Shown here: positions 30,415 through 37,742 of the stretch, in pieces
How positions within the stretch are numbered: position 1 is the stretch's first letter
Layout of the letters: the number at the start of each line of letters is the position of its first letter
Assembly: GCA_049334165.1 (NCBI GenBank)
Contig: JBEGHD010000001.1
From: Flavobacteriales bacterium DA487
GTDB taxonomy: Bacteria; Bacteroidota; Bacteroidia; Flavobacteriales_D; Sanyastnellaceae
Length of the DNA: 64,000 bases
Strand: one strand, 5' to 3'
Position numbers and translations under genes: made by a program
The notes under the pieces: model-generated
What the model saw: only the letters and a program-made list of their open reading frames with translations
The model's database searches: none
What the model was told of the DNA's origin: nothing

Positions 30415-31539
30415 TTATTCTACTGGTTTTCCGTGGGCCATTTTGGAAGCTCGCCCCAGCAATGGCGGAAATGTGCGCATTAAGCCAAGAGCCGCTCCGG
30501 TCAATCGCGGCTTGCCGAAAAGCTTACTCGCCTTGCGGCCAAAATAAAGCCTCGAGCCAAATTCATTTTTCCACGCTTTGCCGTAGCTTTTTTCCATCTC
30601 TTCTCTGGAGCAATTGCCGCTCAAAAATTGGTGAATTGCATCAGAACAAATCTGTGCGCTGTGAATGGCCATGGCCATGCCGTTTCCGCAAAAAGGATGA
30701 ATCAAACCGGCCGAGTCGCCACTCATCATCACGTGATCTTCGACAACCGGCTTTGGGTCAAAGTTGATCTGGCTGATCACAAGGGGTGACTTAAAAATCG
30801 GACTTGAATTCTCGAAGAAACTCTTGAGGTGAGGATTTTGAGCGAGGTGGTTCATCTCCATTTCCTCTATTCCAGAATATTTTTCCAAAACTTGCTGATC
30901 TACCAGGTAGCAGAGGTTCACCGCTCCGGTTTCCACTTTTGACAGCCCGCAGTAGCCACCATTAAAGTTGTGCAGCTGAACCAGATTTTCCTGAAAGTCT
31001 GACTCGTAGTGGCACTTCACACCAACGTAGGAAGTTCGCTTTTGCATAAAACTCCTGTCCAGTTCCTTGTCGAGATTGCTGCGCTTGCCAAAAGCTCCAA
31101 TCACAACCTGCGCTTTCACTTCCACTCCGCTTCTTGTCTTCAGGAAAAAGTGATCTGCATCGAAAGCCAGTTGTTTCACTCGCTCGTTGATCAAAACTTC
31201 AGCTCCCGACTTTTGGGCAACATCGGCCAGATGATCATCAAAAGCAAAACGGCTGATTCCGAATCCAGCGAGGTCTAGCTCCGATCCGACAACTTTGCCC
31301 GAAAGGTCGCTGATCTCGAGTCGATCAATTTCAGCGACATTTAAATCAGTCGGAAAAGCTCCGAGTCGATTGAGATAAGGCCTAATCTCGTTGCTCACAA
31401 ATTCACCGCAAACTTTGTGTTTGGGAAATTTGTCTTTTTCGAAAAGCACCACCGAGTAGCCCCGTTGCGAGAGGTCAATCGCGTTCACCAACCCGGCCAG
31501 CCCGCCACCGATGATCGCTATTTGATAATGACTTTTCAT
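30415..31539 (-). CDS. FAD-dependent oxidoreductase (geranylgeranyl-reductase / flavin monooxygenase-like)
   Basis: N-terminal dinucleotide-binding fold IAIIGGGLAGL…VLFEK…CGEF; 374 aa. Confidence 0.8.
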   Translation of the reverse strand: MKSHYQIAIIGGGLAGLVNAIDLSQRGYSVVLFEKDKFPKHKVCGEFVSNEIRPYLNRLGAFPTDLNVAEIDRLEISDLSGKVVGSELDLAGFGISRFAFDDHLADVAQKSGAEVLINERVKQLAFDADHFFLKTRSGVEVKAQVVIGAFGKRSNLDKELDRSFMQKRTSYVGVKCHYESDFQENLVQLHNFNGGYCGLSKVETGAVNLCYLVDQQVLEKYSGIEEMEMNHLAQNPHLKSFFENSSPIFKSPLVISQINFDPKPVVEDHVMMSGDSAGLIHPFCGNGMAMAIHSAQICSDAIHQFLSGNCSREEMEKSYGKAWKNEFGSRLYFGRKASKLFGKPRLTGAALGLMRTFPPLLGRASKMAHGKPVE

Positions 31540-31604
31540 CTGTGGCTTCAGGGCGGTGAGTGGTTTTAATCTTTGGGTTCAAGTGCTTTTCGCAGCTCAG
31601 GAAA

Positions 31605-32396
31605 TTATTCCAAAACTATCACTGCTGCGGGGTCAAGCACCTCAAAGGTAAACGATTCGGTGAAGTACAAATTCACATTTTTCACTTCGTGGTAGTCGTA
31701 GCCGACAGACAAGTCTCGACCGAGGGTCAACCTGAAGTCGCCTCCGCGCTGCGACACCAAAAAGGCATCTTTGATGTGATGGGAGAAAATGATTTTACCA
31801 CCCAGCAATTTTTCAACTTGTTTTTTCAACGGATAGCCGGAATCAATGTCGCTGGCCAGTTTTTGCCATTTGTCTTTATCAACTACCAGCGAATAAGGAC
31901 CTTCCACTCCGGCTTTCTTAAACATGCTCAGCCCTTGCGCAATCGTCTGGAGCAGTTCTGAATTCTCGCCAAACTTCAACTTCTCGTGTTCACTAGCATC
32001 TTTCAAACCTTTAATCCCGGCCTTGTTCATACCGTAGTAAATCGCTTTCTCTTCAAATTCAGCAATGGCGTTAGCCGCGTCTTCCAGGTTGTCGAGTTCC
32101 ACGTCTTCATTTCCGCGCTCAGCATTGTCAAGCTCCCACACGTTGAGTTTAAAACTCACTCGCGGTTCCACCAGCGGCTGCACTTCGTGAATTCCGTACT
32201 GTAAACTTCCCTTTTGTCCTTTAGGGATTTCCAATCGGCCTTTGCTCACCGATCCGTAGTCCCAACCTTTGGGTCCGTCCACGTCCACAAACTTCCGCGC
32301 AGAAAGCACCGAGCTAAAAATCTCAACTGATTGTTCATCTATTTCGTCCCAGGCCTTGTCGGCAATGGGCGCCAAACTTCTTCTCAATAAATCCAT
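31605..32396 (-). CDS. Family 1 encapsulin nanocompartment shell protein (HK97-fold, linocin-M18-like)
   Basis: 263 aa; collinear with the T. maritima encapsulin throughout (MDLLRRSLAPIADKAWDEID…RKFVDVDGPKGWDYG…WELDN…ERG…GVEGPYSLVV…YPLKKQVE…GGKII…RGGDF…LGRDLSVGY). Confidence 0.9.
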   Translation of the reverse strand: MDLLRRSLAPIADKAWDEIDEQSVEIFSSVLSARKFVDVDGPKGWDYGSVSKGRLEIPKGQKGSLQYGIHEVQPLVEPRVSFKLNVWELDNAERGNEDVELDNLEDAANAIAEFEEKAIYYGMNKAGIKGLKDASEHEKLKFGENSELLQTIAQGLSMFKKAGVEGPYSLVVDKDKWQKLASDIDSGYPLKKQVEKLLGGKIIFSHHIKDAFLVSQRGGDFRLTLGRDLSVGYDYHEVKNVNLYFTESFTFEVLDPAAVIVLE

Positions 32397-32417
32397 TTCT
32401 GTAGTCTCCTTTTGTTT

Positions 32418-32777
32418 TTAGTGATCAATTTTTCCAATTCCGAGTCCCTTGTCAGCACCACCTTTTTTACCAGACGATTTTCCTGTAGCCTCTTTTTCAG
32501 CTTTCAGAATGTCGCCCTCGCTAAACAGGTAGGTGCGCAATTGCTCGTCCCATCCAGGCTGATTTCTCCTCAACCACTCCAGGGTCATGCAAGCGTGTTC
32601 CATCTCCTCGTTGCGGTTGTGCTCCAGTATTTTTCGAAGTTGTTCGTCCTCGCAAGGATCGATGCGCTGCTGATACCAGTCAATCGCCTCAACCTCTTCT
32701 TGCAAGGTGTTAAGAGCGCGTCTGTATTCGCGCGTTTCTTTGCTGAGCTCTTCAGCCGGTTCGTGAAATTCTGACAT
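32418..32777 (-). CDS. encapsulated ferritin-like cargo protein (EncFtn) with a C-terminal encapsulin-targeting peptide
   Basis: EncFtn-like core (…EAIDWYQQRI…LRKILEHNRNEEMEHACMTLEWLRR…), a flexible Gly/Lys linker and the terminal GLGIGKIDH cargo-loading motif. The start was chosen at MSEFHEP, 119 aa. Confidence 0.85.
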   Translation of the reverse strand: MSEFHEPAEELSKETREYRRALNTLQEEVEAIDWYQQRIDPCEDEQLRKILEHNRNEEMEHACMTLEWLRRNQPGWDEQLRTYLFSEGDILKAEKEATGKSSGKKGGADKGLGIGKIDH

Positions 32778-32883
32778 GTCTTTTTTGTTTTGGGTTTCAA
32801 ATAAAAAATCAACGACCACCGACCCGAAAAGATCGACAGCCATTGATTTAACAACAAGAGAATCGTAAGATGTTCAAATTTTT

Positions 32884-32975
32884 GGGCGCCCACCGCTCAA
32901 TCGCGGTGCCGGGCTTTCCGCTATATCTTGCCCTCAGCCGGGCAAGGATGCCGCGTCAATCCCTGGCGCGGGGCG
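32884..32975. other. GC-rich (about 67% GC), stem-rich element of about 92 nt; candidate structured RNA or protein-binding site. Strand unknown
   Basis: Nested complementary segments CGCCC…GGGCG, CGCGGU…GCCGCG, CUUGCCC-UCAGCC-GGGCAAG, and two TCAATC-loop hairpins. GC content is far above the flanking DNA. Confidence 0.3.
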
Positions 32976-32998
32976 TAGTAAAGACACTGCGATTAAGG

Positions 32999-34570
32999 CT
33001 ACTTGAAAGTTACCTTGCCAACTTTCTGCTTATTTCCGTCAAGGGTATACATAAACAGATGACCGCCATCACGAGATGCCTCAGAAAATCCTGGCACCAG
33101 AAGTTGTCCTGTTTCGTCATTGTTACTCAGTAATTCCGAACTCACATTTCCCGATTCATCCACAATTGTCCACGCTGTAAAGTTGGTTTTGAGGGTCGAT
33201 CGACCCATTCCTTTTTGCTCTTCTTCAGAATAGAAAAACTCACCCGCTACATTGTAGAAAAGATGGATCTGTCCATTCTTAAATACAGGGTACGTATAAG
33301 CCTCATGGAAGTCAGGACTCCGGCTCTCGAGCTCTTGCTTTTTATCAACCATAGAAATCCACTGAATCTCACCTTCCGAGCTCGCTGACACCGTGATTAT
33401 GTCCATGGTTTTCATGAAGTATTTAGTGTCTGATTCACTGTCAAAATACTGTTCAGCAACAAATTGGAAACCATTTGTACTTGCATTCAAACCTCTCAAC
33501 TCCATTTCTATTTCTGGTCTATACCTGGATTCCGCACCGAGTAAACCTTTTCGAACCATGCTTTTAGCAATAACACCACTTGCGAACTCGTCCGCACTTG
33601 ACCCTGTAATTCTCATACTGTTCGGGTCAACACTAAAAACAAATGCACCATCAGTCGTAACATCCTCGTCAGACGTGATGTTGTTGCTAAAGATGCCTCC
33701 GACAAGCAGGTTATCTGATGATGCAAAAGCATAATCCGATATCAAAACACGTCTATTCTCTAAATCAAGATTGAGATACTTTTCTGTACCCTCAGAAATT
33801 GAATATTTATAAAGTAGCAGCCGGTCCATTTTTGGCTTTTCTCCGAGAGAACGGCTTTCAAGACCCGGTTCCTTTTTGTTCTCACTGATCAATTGAATAA
33901 AAAGATCCCCTGACCCAGTCGCTCTGGGGACAAAATGAATCGGGTTGTAGAAAGAAGTCCATTTCATAATCGGCTCAATATCATAATCCTCAAGCTCGAG
34001 TACAATTTCTTTTTCATGCTGCAGATTCATTTCCAAATCGAAAAGCTTGTAGTCCACTTGCATGCCATACTTATTGTTTAAAATAGCGATTTTAGACTCA
34101 TCCTCTGAAAAGAGGACTTCAAAGGAACCTCTATAATATTTGTCCGGCAGCCTCTCTTTCGTTGACCAAAATACTTTTGGTGAAGCTGTAACCCTGAAAG
34201 ACTTAATGTCGATTTTTAGAAACGCAAGTTTATCAGACTTTTCAATCTCCGAGTCGTCTTTCAAAAAGACAAATAATTCATCTCCTACAACAAGTAGTTT
34301 GACAAACTCTGCTTCACCTTCAGCAAATTTGCCAGAAACTTCGATCGTACCTGCGAGATTCATATTCCCGTCAAACTTTTCTACTGTAATATCTCTTCCC
34401 GCTTTGACAATGAAAAAATCACTATTTGCTACAATGGTTTGCTCAACCTCCTGCTTGCGTGAGTTCTTAACCTCCTCGCTCCACTGAATTTCTGCTTTCT
34501 CGGTAAGATCCTGGGCTGTGAGTGAAATAGAAATAAAGGCTGACATTAGTCCAATGAATAGTTTGCGCAT
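32999..34570 (-). CDS. hypothetical secreted protein (523 aa)
   Basis: Signal peptide MRKLFIGLMSAFISISLTAQ; no motif recognised. Confidence 0.6.
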   Translation of the reverse strand: MRKLFIGLMSAFISISLTAQDLTEKAEIQWSEEVKNSRKQEVEQTIVANSDFFIVKAGRDITVEKFDGNMNLAGTIEVSGKFAEGEAEFVKLLVVGDELFVFLKDDSEIEKSDKLAFLKIDIKSFRVTASPKVFWSTKERLPDKYYRGSFEVLFSEDESKIAILNNKYGMQVDYKLFDLEMNLQHEKEIVLELEDYDIEPIMKWTSFYNPIHFVPRATGSGDLFIQLISENKKEPGLESRSLGEKPKMDRLLLYKYSISEGTEKYLNLDLENRRVLISDYAFASSDNLLVGGIFSNNITSDEDVTTDGAFVFSVDPNSMRITGSSADEFASGVIAKSMVRKGLLGAESRYRPEIEMELRGLNASTNGFQFVAEQYFDSESDTKYFMKTMDIITVSASSEGEIQWISMVDKKQELESRSPDFHEAYTYPVFKNGQIHLFYNVAGEFFYSEEEQKGMGRSTLKTNFTAWTIVDESGNVSSELLSNNDETGQLLVPGFSEASRDGGHLFMYTLDGNKQKVGKVTFK

Positions 34571-34785
34571 AGCTCAATATTTTGGTTAGAATTCTGCAAG
34601 GAAAGAATATTTGATCAGTTTCTCAACTTTAACTCCTGATAGCGAGAGTTAGGAAAATGATTCAGATCATCAGTTTCTAAAAAAGACATGACAAAGATCA
34701 GTTCTAAACAACACCTCTATGACATTCTCGTGACAAAATGGAGACATTCGGTTTCGATCTTTGTCAACGTTGAAAAAAGAACTGC

Positions 34786-36024
34786 GTGGAAGAGCTAAAA
34801 GTAATTGCATTAACCCATAAAAACCTCAGCCTCGAAGACATTGGCAAGTTTCACCTTGCCGATGACGAACGCGAATCGAGACTGCAGGAAATCAAAGAAA
34901 AATTCGGATTTGACGAATTGATGTTTCTCAGCACGTGCAATCGTGTGGAGATCGTCCTTTCGGTAAACCGTTTTTACTGCATGGGCCAGGCAAGAGAATT
35001 GCTTCAGGAACTCTCCAGCGATGTGCATCCAGATTTTCTTCAGCGCATCGTGCACAAAGTTGAGCTCTTCTCGGGTCGTGCTGCGCTCGAGCACCTCATC
35101 AAAGTAGCTTCATCGCTCGACTCGATGGTGATTGGCGAACGCGAAATCATCACGCAGGTGCGCAAAGCATTTGAAGAAAGCCGTCAGTTCGGAATTTCAG
35201 GCGACCTCTGCAGATTGGTGATCAAGCAAACCATCGCTTCGGCAAAAAGAATTTACACCGACACGCACATCGCTCGCAAACCGGTTTCTGTGGTTTCGCT
35301 GGCCTGGCAACGAATTCTTTCCAAAAAACTCCCGAAAGACTCCAGAGTGCTGTTGATCGGTGCCGGACAGATCATCCGCAACATGAGCCGCTTTTTGCAA
35401 AAAGGGAAGTTCGAAAACGTGACTGTTGCCAACCGCACCCTCCACAGGGCTGAATCAATTGCCGACCTTTTCGAAAACGGCAAAGCCATTTCTCTCGAAG
35501 ATCTTTCGACCTACGAAGGCGGCTTCGATTTGATGATCACCTGCACCGGTTCTGACGAAGCAGTGATCACAGAAAAAATCTACGATCAGCTCACCAAAGG
35601 TGAAGACACACACAAAATCATTTTCGACCTGGCTCTTCCGGCCGATGTGGATCCTACTCTGACCAACATCCACGACATCGACTACACCGGCATGCCGCAG
35701 CTCAAAACTGTAGCCGACAAAAACATCGCTGAGCGATCCAAAGAAGTTGAGCGCTGCGAAAGACTGGTTCAGGAAGGCATGGCCGAGTTCGACAAAATGC
35801 ACGAGCAGCGTCAGATTGAGATCGCTATGCGCGATATCCCCAGAGCGATCAAAGAAATTCGCGAGACAGCCATCGGTGAAGTCTTCGCCAAAGACCTCGA
35901 AGGCCTCGACTCTGAAAGCCGTGAAGTCCTCGAAAAAATCATGGGCTACATGGAAAAGAAATACATCAGCGTTCCCATGAAAATGGCCAAGCAGGTGATT
36001 TTGGAGAGTAAGGGGCGGAGTTGA
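34786..36024 (+). CDS. hemA: glutamyl-tRNA reductase
   Basis: STCNRVE active-site region; NADPH-binding GAGQ motif; GTG start. Confidence 0.9.
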   Translation: MEELKVIALTHKNLSLEDIGKFHLADDERESRLQEIKEKFGFDELMFLSTCNRVEIVLSVNRFYCMGQARELLQELSSDVHPDFLQRIVHKVELFSGRAALEHLIKVASSLDSMVIGEREIITQVRKAFEESRQFGISGDLCRLVIKQTIASAKRIYTDTHIARKPVSVVSLAWQRILSKKLPKDSRVLLIGAGQIIRNMSRFLQKGKFENVTVANRTLHRAESIADLFENGKAISLEDLSTYEGGFDLMITCTGSDEAVITEKIYDQLTKGEDTHKIIFDLALPADVDPTLTNIHDIDYTGMPQLKTVADKNIAERSKEVERCERLVQEGMAEFDKMHEQRQIEIAMRDIPRAIKEIRETAIGEVFAKDLEGLDSESREVLEKIMGYMEKKYISVPMKMAKQVILESKGRS

Positions 36025-36025
36025 T
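35980..36025 (+). repeat. 46-bp direct repeat, copy 1 (the native 3' end of hemA)
   Basis: AAAATGGCCAAGCAGGTGATTTTGGAGAGTAAGGGGCGGAGTTGAT is identical to 36739-36784. Confidence 0.85.
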
Positions 36026-36081
36026 AGTTTTGTCTGATGTTAGGTCAGTCCTTTTTCTTACCTTTAGATAAAATCAGTCGT

Positions 36082-36297
36082 ATGGACTCCATCAAAGTAG
36101 ATATATTAAACCCCACTGCTAAAAAGTTACTAAAGGCTCTGGCGGAATTGAAGCTTATAAGAATTCGTCCAGAGAAATATGACTCTACTGAATTCTCCGC
36201 CTTTCTAGAACAAATCCGATCGAAGTCTCAGGAGCCCTTGTCTCTTGATGAAATCACAAAAGAGGTCGAAGATGTAAGGAAGAAACGCAATGAGTAA
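36082..36297 (+). CDS. putative antitoxin of a PIN-toxin pair (71 aa)
   Basis: Small ORF immediately upstream of, and overlapping by 8 nt, the PIN-domain gene. The start was chosen at MDSIKV. Confidence 0.5.
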   Translation: MDSIKVDILNPTAKKLLKALAELKLIRIRPEKYDSTEFSAFLEQIRSKSQEPLSLDEITKEVEDVRKKRNE

Positions 36298-36700
36298 ATC
36301 CCGGGTCATAGTTGATACCAATCTCTGGGTTTCATTTCTAATCACTAAAAGTCACCAAGTTTTCGAAAGGCGGATCTCTGAGAATAGAATTGCCCTAATA
36401 TTTTCAGAAGAATTGATTCTTGAGTTGGTTGAAGTCCTCAATCGTCCCAAGTTTTCAAGATATTTCTCCAAAGAGGACATTGAAAATTTGCTTTTGATAA
36501 TAGAAAATATCTCTGAGTTGATTATCTGCACATCGCGAACTCGAGTTTGCCGGGACGAAAAGGACAACTTCCTTCTTGATTTGGCTAAAGATGGGCAAGC
36601 CGATTATCTCATTACTGGCGATAACGACTTGCTGGTCTTAAAAAATTTTGACGGCACCCAGATAATCAGGTTTTCCGAATTTGAACAATTGTTTTCCTAA
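36290..36700 (+). CDS. PIN-domain toxin (VapC-like)
   Basis: Acidic PIN residues in VIVDTN…, …DEKDN… and …ITGDNDL… over 136 aa. Confidence 0.75.
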   Translation: MSKSRVIVDTNLWVSFLITKSHQVFERRISENRIALIFSEELILELVEVLNRPKFSRYFSKEDIENLLLIIENISELIICTSRTRVCRDEKDNFLLDLAKDGQADYLITGDNDLLVLKNFDGTQIIRFSEFEQLFS

Positions 36701-36738
36701 TTTGAGACTATCAAAGAAACAAGTTAGCGTCCCTACGA

Positions 36739-36784
36739 AAAATGGCCAAGCAGGTGATTTTGGAGAGTAAGGGGCGGAGTTGAT
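36739..36784 (+). repeat. 46-bp direct repeat, copy 2 (duplicated hemA 3' end downstream of the TA cassette)
   Basis: Identical to 35980-36025. Confidence 0.85.
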
Positions 36785-37029
36785 TCCTGATACCGAGTTC
36801 GAACAGTCACATTTCAATTATTTAGTCAAAACGATTAGCTTGGAGGTCGAAAAACTATTCGATACTTCTGGAACTCTCAATCCTATATCGCAATGGAGAA
36901 CACCTGGAAACATTTTCCAGAAATCTCACTTCGGAATTTATCCGTGAGAAAATCCTGTCCCTCAATTGGAATAATTTTCATGAAGTACTGCTAGTTCGGG
37001 GAGATAATTTCTCCGCAGTTGGCGGAGAC

Positions 37030-37680
37030 TTGAGCAAGGATGGACTTTCCTATCACTGTGAAGTCAATGGCATTATGGAGATTTCAAACCGAAAGCCAAA
37101 ATCTATTGATGACCTGGTCAACATCATGTTATTTCATTTTTCCCAGGGGATTTCTCTTCCCTCAGACAAAGCTTTTTCAAATAACAGATTAGACACCAAT
37201 CGGGGTAAGGTGATAACTCCAGATCTCAATGCCCGAAAGAGAGTCATTAAAAACAAATATTTCGAAGCTGATCGGATCGAAAAGAAGAAACGATTGGTGC
37301 GTCTCATTCTCGCGTCTCTCACTTTTCTGATCGTTCCAACTTTCGTTTATATTTCTTTTAGCGGAAACTTACCGTACTACTTAAACAATACTGTGCAAAC
37401 AAAAGCTGAGGTAGTCAACACCCGCCCATTCCAAATTATTGGGCGTCACAAGATTTATGTCAAATATTTCTACGAAGTGAAAGGTCATGTTTACGAGGGA
37501 ACATTTAAACAAACTAAGTCTTTTCATCATGTTCCTCTATTAACTAAAGACAGCCTGGTTATCGAGTATCTCGAAAACGATCCTTCAACCTCCCGCCCTA
37601 TTTCAGTCCACAGTGTCTGGTCTGAAACTCACCCAAATAAACTCAGGCCTCCATCTTCAATTCCTAAGAAATCAAACTAG
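37030..37680 (+). CDS. hypothetical single-pass membrane protein in an AT-rich stretch
   Basis: 216 aa; one TM helix (LVRLILASLTFLIVPTFVYISF); no recognisable motif. Confidence 0.5.
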   Translation: MSKDGLSYHCEVNGIMEISNRKPKSIDDLVNIMLFHFSQGISLPSDKAFSNNRLDTNRGKVITPDLNARKRVIKNKYFEADRIEKKKRLVRLILASLTFLIVPTFVYISFSGNLPYYLNNTVQTKAEVVNTRPFQIIGRHKIYVKYFYEVKGHVYEGTFKQTKSFHHVPLLTKDSLVIEYLENDPSTSRPISVHSVWSETHPNKLRPPSSIPKKSN

Positions 37681-37742
37681 CTCAAATTTTGTCGCCCAGA
37701 AGGCGTTTTTAAAAGACCTCCATCCCCACCACATTCTTATTT

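Noticed and set aside
32884-32975. SRP (4.5S) RNA assignment for the GC-rich element
   Set aside because: It contains a GUGCCGGG-like segment, but the expected order and sequence of the conserved domain-IV motifs (…CCGGAAGGAAGCAGC… upstream of GUGCCGGG) are not satisfied on either strand. It is kept only as an unclassified structured element.
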